This document shows positions 36,740 through 49,442 of a stretch of DNA of 64,000 nt, piece after piece (position 1 is the first letter of the stretch; each line of letters starts with the position of its first letter). A model generated the notes under the pieces. That model was not told the origin of the DNA. It made no database searches and saw nothing but the letters and a program-made list of their open reading frames with translations. Both the position numbers and the translations under genes were made by a program. The stretch lies in NCBI GenBank assembly GCA_965153285.1, contig OZ229113.1. The stretch is one strand, 5' to 3'. The stretch comes from Podarcis tiliguerta. Lineage: Eukaryota.

Positions 36740-38290
36740 GACGAATTCCACATATATATCGTAACGCAGAATGATACACGCGGGGTAGGCAGTAACGTGC
36801 AGCCTAAGCGGAAGCGCTTTGCCATATGGCAGGTAGGTTGTAACTAGCAAAGGCCGGAGGAAGGTGGGGGGGCGGGAAAGCCTGAAACAACCGAGTTTCA
36901 AATTACTGGGGAGGCAGCGCGTTCAACGCTGGTCGGGCAGCGGGAGCAACTAGGCCCCGGCAGAGGGAGTGGAGACGAGGGCGCCCGCTAGGCTGGCTCA
37001 CCTTCTTCTTCATCTTGGAAGCTGAGGAGGCTGAGGCTCCCGCGTGGCGGCGGCTCCTCCTTGTTCTTGTTCTTCCGCTCCTTCAGCTTAGAAGCCGCCG
37101 GCACCAGCCCGTTGTTCCCCGGGGGCGTCTGTTGCGAAGGGGGCGGCGGGGGCGGGATAAGAACAGGCGGCGGAGGCTGGAGCTGCGGGGCCGTCAACCC
37201 GGCACCGCCGCCTCGGCCGACCGCTTCAGAGCCGCCGAAACCGAAGCCGCCGCCACCACCGCCGGGACAAGCTAGGGGGACGCAGCCCGTCGGGAGCGGC
37301 AGAAGCGGCGGCTTCGGACCCGGCAGCAGGTCGGCCTCTCCAGAAGGCCCATCCCCTCCCGGCGGCGGCGCCGGCGGCTGTTGCTGCTGAGGCGGCGACT
37401 CGTCTCGCTCTTCGTCGTCCTCCTCAGACTCGTTCCGCTTCCGCACGTTCACGCGCCGCGCCTTGCGGAACATTCCGCTTAGGCCCAACCGACACCGGCG
37501 CGCGGGAAAGGACCTGCACAGGAAAAAGAGCGACGGACGCAGAGGCGCAACCACCGCAGCAGCAGCAGCCCGGAGAGAGAGCGCGCGCGCGCACACCGCC
37601 GCTCGCTCCTCAACTCGCTCTCCGCAACTACATCATCGCAGCCATAAACCCGGGAGTTGCTCACAGCGCCCTCTGCTGTTCTCCGCCGGCTTGACCCCTC
37701 CCTCCTCCCGTCATGGGGAGGAGGCGGGGAAGTGGACGGCTTACTGCGGCGACCGAACGCTTCCCTTCGTCACCATAGACGCGGCGGCAAGAGCGGCCGC
37801 CAGGGTGGTGGCTGTAGAAACCCGCCATCTTGAGCCTGCAGAAGCGGTGCGGGTGGGGAGAAAGGAAAGGATATTACTGTATGGGATTCTTTCTGCGGGC
37901 AACGGCGGTATTATTGTTAGGGATGGGGCATTAAAAATGCTCCTCTGTCATTTGACTAGTGCTATGCCATGACTGCTGGGCGCCTTTTGCTTCATCTCCT
38001 AAATGTGTTTCATAGCACAGAAGGGTTATTATGCTTTCAAGTAGGGATAAAAGATCTGTGGTCCGCCAGACGCTGCAGGACTCCCAACTCCCGTCAGCTG
38101 TGACCATTGGGCAACAAAGTCCAACAAAGGCGGGCGGGGCGGGCACGGCTTCCCTGCCCTTGCAGGGCTGATTGACAGGTGCGTGCTCCGGCACTTGACG
38201 GCTGCATCGAGTCAGGACTTGTACGTGCAAGTGGCGGACCGAACAATTACGAGGGCAGGTTGACTTCAAAACAGGTTCCTGCGCCTATAT
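36740..38290. promoter_or_regulatory. CpG-island promoter of PAXBP1 (likely bidirectional)
   Basis: CpG-dense. YY1 motif CCGCCATCTT at about 37822-37831, GC boxes, GCGCGCGCGC run at about 37580. Confidence 0.85.
37002..37473 (-). CDS. PAXBP1: PAXBP1 exon 1 coding part (472 nt; MFRKARRVNVRKRN...SLLSFQDEEE)
   Basis: Canonical PAXBP1 N-terminus and LLSF-acidic motif. Donor AAG|gtgagc at 37001. Confidence 0.96.
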
Positions 38291-39576
38291 TTTAACAGAG
38301 ACTTGGATTTGTATTAATAATTAGCAGGCGACAAGTTGGGCCTGAGGGGGGGTGAGAGCCTTCCAAATTCTGAATTCTCAGGCAGGAGGAGGGTGAGTTG
38401 AAGGCAGGAGGAGGGTGAAGTTGTCGGCTGGGTAAGCGAGCCAAATCGGTCCATGGTTTCTGAAACGGGAAGCAACCCAGCACTGGTTGGTACAGATATT
38501 AGCTGTTGAAGATGTGGATTATTCGGCTCTTAACTGGCCCTGTTGGCACCTTCAAAGGTCTCCTTTAGGTAGTGATCTGGAGTAAGTGAAGGTGGGCAGG
38601 CAGCAGAGCCAGGCACCTCACAGCAAACTCCTCCAGGGCACCTCTGGATTTTTCCTTTGAGCAGGCCAGCCACCTGCTTCTCAACATCCTCTCTGCTGCC
38701 ATATTTGTGAGGCTCATATTTAGGGTGACTCTGATGCCCTCCAGCTACCAGGAGAGTGGGCAAGGTGTCGGGCTGGTTACCTCAGACACCCACAACTTTT
38801 ATGACATCAGGGTTTCATGCTGGTGACTTTCCCAGCCCTATCTGGAGACACCCAAGGATTGAACCTCAGACCTTTTGCATGCTCTACCATTTGAGCTACA
38901 TCCCTGCTTTGCAAGTACTCATACCTTGGACTCTACTGAGGGGACTTTCTCTGCCTCCAGCTGAGGTGCATCTCATTATTTAAGGCTGCCTTTTTGAAGG
39001 GAAGGGGCAAGTAGGAAAGGACCTGCCAGGCAGCCACAGAAGCACTTCAAGTTCCCCTCATCCCTCCCTTGATCTCTTAGCATAGGGGTGGACAGCCTCA
39101 GGTCTGAGGGCCAAATGTTGCCCTCCAGGCTTCTCTGTCTGACCCTTGGGACACTGCCCTGGCCACACCCCTCACTTTCTCTGCTTCCAAATATTTTTGC
39201 CTTGTCTGTCTGGAGATAGAGAGAGGTGTGTGTAGAAGCTAGCCTACTATATGAAGGTAACATTTTTATTTGTTGTTCACCCTGATTTTGCATTAGTACT
39301 GGCATTATGGCTCTCAGAAGGCCTCTAGAAGGGAATGTAGCCCTCTAGCTGAAAAAAGTTTGAATCTCTTCATCACCCCCCTCTCCCATCTCTTGTTCTG
39401 AACCTCACTCCTCTCCCATGTGATTATATCCATCCATGCAGTCCCCCTCTTTTAACATGGTCATATTTTGTACTTGCATGAATCTGTCTCTTGTCCATTG
39501 GCACTGATTTGGCTACATAAGCACTGCACTCTCCAGGTTCGAAATAGAAAATGCAAGTGGGGCCCTATAACAATAT

Positions 39577-39757
39577 ACTGTCATACCTCGGGATAAATAC
39601 GCTTCAGGTTGAGCGCTTTCGGGTTTTGCCGCTCGCGCATGCGCAGACGGTCAAAATGCTGTCATACGCATGCACGGAAGCAGCGAAACACGACCCGCAC
39701 ACGCGCATACGTGCTGTCGCATCTTACGTTCTGTTCGGGATGCGAACGGGGCTCCGT
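39577..39757 (+). mobile_element. Truncated Tigger-like MITE
   Basis: CpG-rich; atacctcggg start and cgcatgcgcaga motifs related to the 18573 element. Confidence 0.55.
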
Positions 39758-41060
39758 ATTGCAGTGTTTCTGTTCACAGTTGCAGACACTCCATTCCTCA
39801 CACGCTTGGGGTTTCCTTCCATCTCCTCAACAGTCAGTCAGCATTCCTGCCCACTGACCAATCAGTGCTCATTTGGCTGTGTTGAGGGGTTGGGTTGAAC
39901 ACAGTAGTGCCCAATCCCAGCTACATTAAAATATTGAATGTGTAGTTTCTGAGATGAGCCATTTTCAGAAAAGGTTTTGCCCAAATGCATTGTTTTTTAA
40001 GTTGGCCAGAGTGTGTTGTTCACAGGTATGTTGCGGTATTGTTTACCTTGTCAAATATCTCAGTTCTCTGCTATGGCTTCTTTTCTCCAGATTATTTAGT
40101 GTGAACTTCCTGTCCTTTTATATTTCAGTTGAAATGTTACTGCATTGCAGTTGTGAGGTTCATGATTTAAAATGTGGTCATTGGTAACTTTGTCCTAAGG
40201 CCATCCATGGTAAAGAAATATGGAAACTGGGATCAGCTTTGTTGAGGGTACAGCTGTACAGAACTAGCTATAACAAAGCTGATCCCAGTTTCTGGATTCA
40301 TATTACAGTAGAATTTTGTCATTGCTACTGTCTTGCTCACAATTGTAGTTTAATACTTTTTTGTTAGTTCAATATATTTCTGTTACTAGGGGGCAGCAGA
40401 CTCCAGCAGAAGATATTCACTACTTTCATCTGATTATACTAGGGCTTCATCTACTGTGCATAGTAACAATATCAAAATATTAAGATTTATATCAGAATTT
40501 GGAATTGTGCCGAACCTTTCCTTCAAGGCTATAGATGTGCACAATTTGTTCTTGGAAATATCTTTTGTCTCACTGAGAAATAATATTTAATGAAATTCAG
40601 TCAAAATCTAATGTAGACTAACTGCTTAGTGCTTCTGTGAACATGTCTCTACATTTTTCTCACATTTTGATATGAATTAAATGCCAGTACTTTTTACATG
40701 GGAGTTGGTGTATTCACTAGCGGTACAATCCAAACCCCTCTTACACTGTGTTGAGGTGGGTGGGTTTGGATTAGGTGGAGTTGCCCCTCCAACCAGCTCT
40801 CCTGGCTTATCTGAGAGGAAAATCCGAAAATGCGACTTTGCAAGGGAAGGGACAAGGCTGAGCTGGCCCATGCGCCATTGGATCCTGAGCCAGTCTCATG
40901 GCTGCCGCGTGCCAGTGTTGGCCAAAACAGCCTTGCTGTAGCTACAATAGTGTTTCTGCTGCTCCACAAAGCCATTATGGCAGAGTGGGAGGGAGTTACA
41001 ATTGTCCCCATAATGTGTTAGTTTACTGATCAATATAGAGTATGGTGTATTGGGGGTGGA

Positions 41061-41061
<1 letters not shown>

Positions 41062-41099
<38 letters not shown>
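41062..41099. repeat. (TG)n(AG)n compound microsatellite
   Basis: Directly visible. Confidence 0.95.
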
Positions 41100-44039
41100 G
41101 AACCCAGCCTATAGGAGGCATTTACAACATAAGGGGGCTATATGTAAGAAGAAACAGGACCTCTGCCACCCACAGTTGTTGCTGAAGTGGCTAAAGGAGG
41201 AATGTGCACTGAATTAGGACTCCTGCAAGAAGTCAGTTAGTTGCATTGAAAGTACCCCAGAGGCATATGTTTTAATATTTCATTGCGCACACATTTGCAA
41301 GCTGCACAGAAGCTTCAAAATACAGCGTGCTAGAAAATAATATAAAATACTTCAAAACCGTCTTTTATTCAGCATAATCACGTAGCTCAAGCAAAATCAC
41401 TTGCTAGTTGGCATTAGTAAAAACTGCAAAGAAAATAGTTGTGCTTAGTTAAAACTTGATGTACATGGTAACATTTTCATCTGGTAAAACTGGATACATT
41501 ATTGTTCACACTGTTTACTGAGCTTAGTATTCCAAATACAAACTGCATCTCAAACAACATAACTCATAAGTAATTATTATCAGGTAGTCATAGAGCCAAG
41601 AGCTATGGTGTTACAAGGAGAAATCTACATCACAGTTAAATAATATGATCATGAATATTGTACTGTATAAGAAAGTCATTTGACATTCAAGTTACATATA
41701 TTATTTCCAAAAGTTGCTGATTGTTTTCTTTGACATTGTGTTTTTTATCTGATCAACAAGGCATAGTAATAAGCTCAGAATGTTCTTTTGATTTATTCTC
41801 TCTGAGGATCACTTTGTGCTATACAGTAACAAAACATGTTTTAATCTGCTCATACAGTTGAAAACCCCAGCTACAGGTGCATTTACCTGTATGAGGCACA
41901 CAATGCTGAGTATACAGTTGATGTCCACAATCACTGCATTTTAATGTGTGCATATAAAACATTTAAATGTGTATATTAAATATGTAATATATATAAAGGG
42001 GTTTTAAAGCATAAGAATCCAGCACTGCAGAAACACTATAGGAAGTAGAGGAGCCAATTATCTGGAGAGCTTTGTGCTAACCACTTGTGTAGTGCTGAGA
42101 AGTACACTGAGGGGTAATGTAATTACCTGGAATGAAGCCATTAATTTGCTTATTTTAATTTACACATATTTAGATTTTGTACTATAAAATTACAGAATAA
42201 AACTTAATTCCTGGAGATCAAGTCATGAAGTACCTACTGTAAATCATTGTCCAAGGCAGTTCTTGACCTGCGTATGATTCCTACTTCTTCATGGCTCCAT
42301 TGCCTACTGCTTCAGTAATATTTAAATGAGGTAAGGAGTCAATAACATGGTCATTTCCTGGGCCAATGTCTAAACACTAGTACAACTACCATTTGGTTCT
42401 TCCCTCCCCTGAACAGTTGTCATTCCAACTGATCACCCTAAGAACACTTGCACAACTTCATGATGGAAGGGCCAATTGCATGGTTATTTCCCATGCCAGT
42501 GGCATCAGCTGCCAGTGAGATCATGGCTGGCATAAGAAGTATTTCTTTTGCCTGAACTTCCATGTTTAAGCATTCAAACAGCTGTTATTTGGCTGCTTCC
42601 TTCTCTCCCTGAACGTTTGCCATTCCAGCTGGTCACTCTTAAGAACAAGTATGTTAAGTTTAAAAATTAGAACCCGAGTTTGCATGTTTTCAGCTTCCTT
42701 CCTGATCCCTTCCCCTTTTGTGTTAGACTGTGTTTGGTTGCAGGATTACAGTCTTGCTTTTTAACATTTGAACAGTGCACAGTACATTTTAGGTACTCTT
42801 ATAAATGTTTACTAATATAATAGAGCATCATGGGATGGAACTTCACAGAAGAACAAGCGCCGTAAAGAGCTGGTACTTATCCATATTTAAGGCTGTCGGT
42901 ACTTAACACTTCAAATCTTGGAAGTGGTTTTTTGGCACTGCTTCATGGGTTTTGGACATTTAAAATATTTTCCTCAATCTGAATTAGTGTTCAACTTAAG
43001 AGCTGAGTCCTATACATGATTAGATCTCTCGCTCATATTTGATGGGTCTGTAGCATGAAGTGGACAGCTACTTTGTCCCATCAATTTTTCCCCCAACCAG
43101 GACGCTGGTTTATTATATTTTTATCATAGTGGAATTTAATTATGCATTTCAGGACGTATGAATAATCCAACTACTGCATGAGTTATATTTCGAAGCCTCC
43201 TGTTTTCAGGATTTGTACCAGTTATTTCTTTCAACTGAAAGAAGATTAGTCAAGCAAACTCATCACGACTTCCTGAATTATTCCAACTCCCCTTATAACT
43301 CTTGACATATTTTTCTCTCTGTCACTGGACATCTACAAGTTGGTTAGGCGCTTATTTTAATGTAGCTGCTTTTAATTATATGTTATGGCATTATTTTCCA
43401 ATTTAAAATGTTGGTAACATCAATCCATATTTGCCAAGCAATATCCTAGGATATCTGATCCTATGGACCCAGTTCATAGTAATGCTTGGGCACTTTAAGC
43501 ACAGCATACTTTAAGGGCATACTTCATGATGAATAATGATTGGGAGTTAGTGTTGAATCTATTGAGCTCTGCAAACAATTTTGTTGCTTGAGATAGGACC
43601 AAAGAGTCAAGTACTGTAGTCAGTTAGCCTATGTTTTGAACATAGCAGGTTGTAGACAGCTAACAGAGGAGCTTTGAATGAAAATGAACTCCCCCATTGT
43701 TTACTCAAATAGAAAATACAGAGCCAGTGCTAATTTGGTTTCATTATACTGTACATTTTTATTTGTGTGTGTGGTTTGAAGCAAAGGTGGGGAATCGAGA
43801 GCCAGTTTCTAGCCCTCAAAGCTCTTCTGAGGCCATGCCCTTCACTGGCCCTACTTCATACCCTGACTGTTTTTGCATGGCTGGCATGGCCCCTCCCATC
43901 GTTGGCATGGTTGCCCCAAAGTGAGTGCATCCCTTGGGGATTCCATCTTCTAAAGGAATGCCAGGAGCTCTGTTTCTACAAGACTGTATTTCTGGCAACG
44001 GCCTATGGCTGCTCTATAGAAATGGCCAAGCATACTGTG

Positions 44040-44705
44040 TCAGTATATGAATGTTATAATACAGCTTTTGTTATTTGTGGTGAAGAACGTGTCCAAATAT
44101 GGCAGGTGTGGAAAGTGGTCTGTAATGTTGGAGATGTTTTCCACGCTGTATGATTTTAGCGGAGAGTAGCCACTGAAGAGAGAGGTGTCTAAAACAGCAA
44201 TGTATGTGATCATGTTTCTGTCTCTGCATGGCATCTTTAATTTGCCTTGTGCTTCATTGTCGTGGCTGCTGTAGATAGTTAAGCTTTGTTCTCGTATCTG
44301 GCCATTGATCTCACTTTTTATCTGTAGTCTTCGCAGTCCCCAAATGGTCAGATATTTTGCTGACAGCGGAATCGTGCCACATAGTGAGAGCTTCAGGTCA
44401 TACACAGCTGTAAAGTTCAACAGCATTCTCAACATGGATGTTTCCGTGAACCAAATTGTCAGATTATTGTAGTAGCTTTTGTCTATTGTATAGGGCAAAA
44501 CAGTCTTGCAATTGCAGATCAGATTTGCCAGACTGTAATCGCAGTCATTGTCACTAATATCATCAGGACATGTGCAGTTACGAATCGTGCTTTCCTTGGT
44601 GAAAATAAGAGTATTATTCTTTTGGCCTTGTACAAAACTATCCAGACAGAAGCCTAAAAAGCCAACCAAAAAGAGATGGTGTCCGTGGACTAATACTGCC
44701 ATCAT
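44040..44705 (-). CDS. EPCIP: Exosomal polycystin-1-interacting protein (C21orf62/EPCIP), 220-221 aa secreted glycoprotein, single coding exon
   Basis: Hydrophobic signal peptide, then QKNNTLIFTKESTIRNCTC...DCDYSLANLICNCKT...LTIWFT...LKLSLC...KSYSVEN...ITFIY*, recognisable as C21orf62. Several N-x-S/T sites. Tandem ATGs at 44705 and 44702, the second in strong Kozak context. Acceptor ctctgtag| at 44770. AATAAA at 43758-43763. Synteny with PAXBP1. Confidence 0.95.
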   Translation of the reverse strand: MMAVLVHGHHLFLVGFLGFCLDSFVQGQKNNTLIFTKESTIRNCTCPDDISDNDCDYSLANLICNCKTVLPYTIDKSYYNNLTIWFTETSMLRMLLNFTAVYDLKLSLCGTIPLSAKYLTIWGLRRLQIKSEINGQIREQSLTIYSSHDNEAQGKLKMPCRDRNMITYIAVLDTSLFSGYSPLKSYSVENISNITDHFPHLPYLDTFFTTNNKSCIITFIY

Positions 44706-45379
44706 TATTACAGTGTTCTTAGCCACAAGAACCTCACTTCATTAAATCAGCAGATCTGATGACTGCAACCTACAGAGAATAAAAGTAAGATGATTATTAC
44801 CATACAGTACACACCCACAATTTTCCTACCTTGTCTACTTATGGCTGGTTTCCATCAGTCTAAGCAGGCCCAAATTACTGATAGTTGAGGGCAGTAATTA
44901 CTTTTGGAGACCATGAAACCCTCTTTGCAGAACAAGTAGAGATTTGTCCCAGGCTGAAATTCCTGCTTCTGTAGGAATTTGGGTTGTCTTAGTACATTGC
45001 TGTCGCTAGCTGTAAAACTGAGAATAATGATGATATAATTTATAGGGTCATTGCAAAGACAAAAGAGATGGATTATGAAGTACACTGCACATTGAAACTT
45101 TGATAAGAAACAATCATATTTTAATGCTGAACTTTACTGGTCCTTACTTCATAGACTTCAGTTTTAATTCTTTTGCAGTCCTTAATGCAATAACCAAAGA
45201 TGAGATGTGCCTTGAATCAGTTTTTCATTAACTTCCATAGAATACAGACTGGAGCTTTCCTCTTGGTCTTCTGAGCACTTCCTTTATCTGAGAATGGCTG
45301 TGCACAGGCATCAATCAGGACAACATGCAGCTGATTCAGATTTGCAACAAGTTAAGTAAGTTTTATTGGCTTCATCATA

Positions 45380-45733
45380 GGTAAAGGTAAAGGGCACCCT
45401 GACCATTAGGTCCAGTCGTGACCAACTCTGGGGTTGCGGTGCTCATCTCGCTTTATTGGCCGAGGGAGCCGGCGTACAGCTTCCGGGTCATGTGGCCAGC
45501 ATGACTAAGCCGCTTCTTGCGATCCAGAGCAGCGCACAGAAACGTCGTTTACCTTCCCACCGGAGCGGTACCTATTTATCTACTTGCAGTTTGACGTGCT
45601 TTCGAACTGCTAGGTTGGCAGGAGCAGGGACCGAGCAACGGGAATTCACCCCATCGCGGGGATTCGAACCGCCAACCTTCTGATCGGCAAGTCCTAGGCT
45701 CTGTGGTTTAACCCACAGCGCCACCCGCGTCCC
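45380..45733 (-). mobile_element. Full-length Sauria SINE
   Basis: Head GGGACGCGGGTGGCGCTGTGG...GGTTCGAATCC and (ACCTTT)n tail. Perfect 14-bp TSD ttggcttcatcata (45366-79, 45734-47). Confidence 0.95.
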
Positions 45734-47757
45734 TTGGCTTCATCATACACCATAATAATACTAAAATACGAGAACAAAATAAAATCCAATAATTCAGAGG
45801 ATCTGCACTATATTACAATCCAGAGCCAGATGACAGACACTAGCACAGTATGCTCAGTGTTATAGTTGAACTGATGTTCTCTGCACAGGAATCAGAATGA
45901 TGGCAATGTGACATTTTCCCGCTCGCTCTATTTCTGCTTGGAGGTGTAAACTGTTTGGCAAGCTTTCATTGCAGAAAAGAAGTACAGTCCTTGGGCAGTT
46001 GCCCAGGTGTGGTCTCCCATAGAGCAGTGTGTAATATAGTTACAAGTTTTTAATACTGTATTTTCAATTTGTAATCCTCCTGGGACCTCATGGTAAAGGC
46101 AAGGAAAGAGATCTAAAAATTAAACCTCTTTAGGCTGGAGAAAGTTGTAGCTGCTTTATTTTCCATGAGCTTTTGTGCTAGAAGTCAGTTACTTCCAGGG
46201 TTGAATTACAATTTTGTTGATCCATATTCTGAGGTCCAGGCATCTTATATTGTACTTTTGCTTCTTCTAGAACATGCTCAGCTTTCAGAGAAGCTGTGCA
46301 TCCATTCACATGACTTCTCAAAGGGCAGGCAGTCTTCCAGTCATGGGGATGTAGGAAGTAAGGTAGCCCAAAACATGTATGGGGCCATACGAATTTTACT
46401 TCCTTATTCAGTCTATTCATGCAGTTCTGTGTATAGGGAACTAGTAGCCAACATCAGCTTTGTTTCAAGGTAGTACCCCAGCATACATTTCAAATCTTAT
46501 GCAGCACAGAATATTCTGTTCCTCATGATGATCAGGATATGATATTCAGAAGACATCATAGTCATTTATCCTGCGTTGCCTTGTAAGAAGGAAATATTCT
46601 TTCAAAGACAGAATAGGATCAGATGTCCTAAAGCTGTCTCCACTCTACTTTCCTATATTCCCCCATCTGAATAAGTGAGAATGGTGTTTTCTACCTTTTA
46701 AAACCCAATATTTAGTTCAGACTCTTTGTGGATATCTCTTCAACAGCATACCAGAGATGCCAATAAAATGCAGTTAATACTAAACAAAGGTCAAATTCAT
46801 CTCACCTGCAAGACTTTTGAGGTTAATTGAGTTACCTCAATAATAAATCTGGTCACAAATGTCTATGAGCCCAATCATGCATTAACAAGCAGATCCAATT
46901 ACAACAGTTTCCTGACAGCGTTTTCTCATTTTTTAGCTTGGTTTCTAGGCTCGGGTAAGTCAACTAAATCAAAACATCTACAGTACCACAATTGTGCTAT
47001 ATATAGACTAATATTTTGCTCGCACTTTGTTTAGCTCTGAACTTGTTTATCTATTTGCCAAGTAACATGCTGCAACACAACAGTCCTAGAAAATGTTTTA
47101 ACAAGTGCAGCATGAACTGCACTACACTAATTTTTAATGAAGGAGCAAATAGGCATCACTTGTAGGGAATATTGGAGTGGGGGGTTATATTTCCATAACA
47201 AAGTTTGTGGGGTTTTAGCTCTCACTACACTTAATTGTTCCATCTACCAATCAGCAAAAAGGCAATATATTTTGGAACCTGCTGAAGCAGAAAATTCAAA
47301 TGACACTCCCTCTACAGTGAAAATAAAATGGATTAACTTATTGACCATTCATGGCTTTTACAATGATGCCCCAAATCTGCCACCTAAGGCAGCAGTCTCA
47401 TTCTGCCTAATGCTATGGCTAGCCCAATTGGGCAGGCAAAAGGAGGAATGCAACTTGTCCCTAGATTTTCTTAAAGTGTGGCAGCAGAGGCTTCTATGGC
47501 TGCCACTAGTTTCTGAGTTTGTGTGTATCCTCTCTGATTGGAGTAAAGGTGATCCTTCATTGTGTGAGGGATGGTATTAAGAAAAAGGGGAGTGAATATG
47601 GCTACTGTTTCTGGTTTATTCTATCCAGGGTTGGTACCTTTGCGATACCACCCGAAGCAGCCCATCTATTTAAGTATCATAATCCAATGTTATGAATAAT
47701 AACATCAGTAAAAATACTATATTTGAGAACACAACTTTCTTATATCTATTTACTTAC

Positions 47758-47866
47758 CTTAGCTTTGCTTTATTCATATCATGCCTCCAAAACCAGCACA
47801 ACTTCACATTTGACTTGACTCGCTATGCTTAAGCAGAGTTCTTCCATACAAGCAGTACTCTTATAT
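47758..47866 (-). other. Candidate non-coding 5'UTR exon of EPCIP
   Basis: Perfect donor AAG|gtaagt at 47757. The acceptor (cttcaag|) is tentative. Confidence 0.3.
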
Positions 47867-48598
47867 CTTGAAGTTGCAAGAAGAGTTACTTTTGGAAATG
47901 TTTTCTCACCTTTTCTGGCTCTTTCTGCAACACAAACTAGTGTCAGTGAGTCCTGAAGTTTCTCTGTGCTTCAGCAAGTACCACCCTGAGCCACATACTC
48001 TTCCTCTGATAATTTTTACCACCCACACTGCACTGATATTTGATCCAAGGGTTACCTACATGGTCGTGCGTGTTTCAAGACTCCTACTCAAACTACTTTA
48101 CTGCTTGCATCATTCGGCATTTTGAAAAATAGTTTCCCTGTAGCGGTTGGCAAGCTGCTCTTTATGAGAGTGGAAAATCTGTTTGACTACAATGACAAAG
48201 TCTGTTACAATCAATCACCGGCTCCTGTTCTTTAATGCATCTTTTGAACGGCTATTAGAATGGGGAATAGAGAATACTTGCTGGAACTCAGACATATAAA
48301 AACCAGCTACTTGCCATTTAAGAAGAATAGTTTTTAACAGAAATTGCTCATTATCTCTAACCTATGTAGCTTTGAAGAAGTGCAGGAAGTGACTGTCTTT
48401 CTTATACAACAGTGCTAAAGCATCAACAACATCAGAAAAAACAGCAATAGCATCTTTTTTGGATAAATATTCAAAAGATCTGAAGCACTATAAAAAAATT
48501 CTTACATCAGTGCTCATAACCAAATTTCAGATAGGTCAGGATTTTGTTTGACTAGTAATAAGAAGGCTTGTTATTCTGACATCCATTCATGGATACAC

Positions 48599-48599
<1 letters not shown>

Positions 48600-48640
<41 letters not shown>

Positions 48641-48641
48641 T
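48600..48641. repeat. (AAT)n microsatellite, probably the tail of a minus-strand retroposon
   Basis: About 13-14 AAT units followed by tttatacgcc...ctcagggcggctaaca. Confidence 0.9.
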
Positions 48642-49366
48642 TTATACGCCGTCCCCAGCCAGGGCCGGGCTCAGGGCGGCTAACACCAAATATGAATTAC
48701 AATAAAATGTAATAAAAACAACAACAACAACAAACAAACAAAGTTAATTAAAATACGGCTTAAAATGCAGCCTCATTTTAGTAGTAGGCCATAAATCAAA
48801 ACCATAAAGGGAGGAAACATCAGATATTCACCCGAGCCAGCTATCCATGCTGGTCCTACACTGAGGCTTTTATTGGCCTGTATCTTCATTTGCAGTTATA
48901 TTGATCTCTTTTACCTCCATTTCTTGCTCCAGGTGTTTAGATCCTATTTGAAAACCAGGGGGTATAAAAACTGTCACTATTTACATGTTTGGATAATATT
49001 TTTCCTTCAACAACCCCTTGGACTGGTTGGATGCAATGGTGGGAGGAACCAGCTGGGGAATCATCAAGGGAAGAAAGTTCAGAGATGGAAGGGGGCAGCA
49101 CAACGATGAGTGGTCAGAGAGAAAAGAGGGAGACGTCTGGGAGGAGGAGGTTATCGGAAGTTGAAGAGGTGACAGGTCTTAGTGAGCTGGGAGAATCTGT
49201 GCCAGAGAAGTCCAGAATCAGAGGCAGAAGCTGAAGCAGAGGAGGAGACCAAGAGGCAGAAATGAGTCAAGCTGGTGAAGAGTCATGGGTATCTTCCCTT
49301 TCTGCTGTGATTAGCTTCCCTCCACCCACCTCCCAGAACCAGATGATCCCAGTATGGGACAGCTGC

Positions 49367-49442
49367 ATATTCCTGCATTGCAGGTGGTTGGACTAGATGA
49401 TCCTCGGACTCCTTTTCAACTCTACAAGTATATGATTCTATG
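49367..49442 (+). mobile_element. CR1 LINE 3' terminus
   Basis: ggttggactagatgatcctc...ccttttcaactct...atgattctatg, the CR1 3' UTR with its ATTCTATG tail. Confidence 0.8.

Noticed and set aside
37015-37972. Plus-strand ORFs over PAXBP1 exon 1 and its promoter
   Set aside because: Antisense shadows of GC-rich coding and promoter DNA, mostly with non-ATG starts.
44706-44726. ORF-track start (MAKNTVI) for EPCIP
   Set aside because: It begins at GTG. The ATGs at 44705/44702 fit the signal peptide and the Kozak context.
49020-49340. Purine-rich ORF-like stretch (also about 3640-4370), possibly LTR-element relics
   Set aside because: No diagnostic termini or protein motifs visible, so it cannot be classified from sequence alone.
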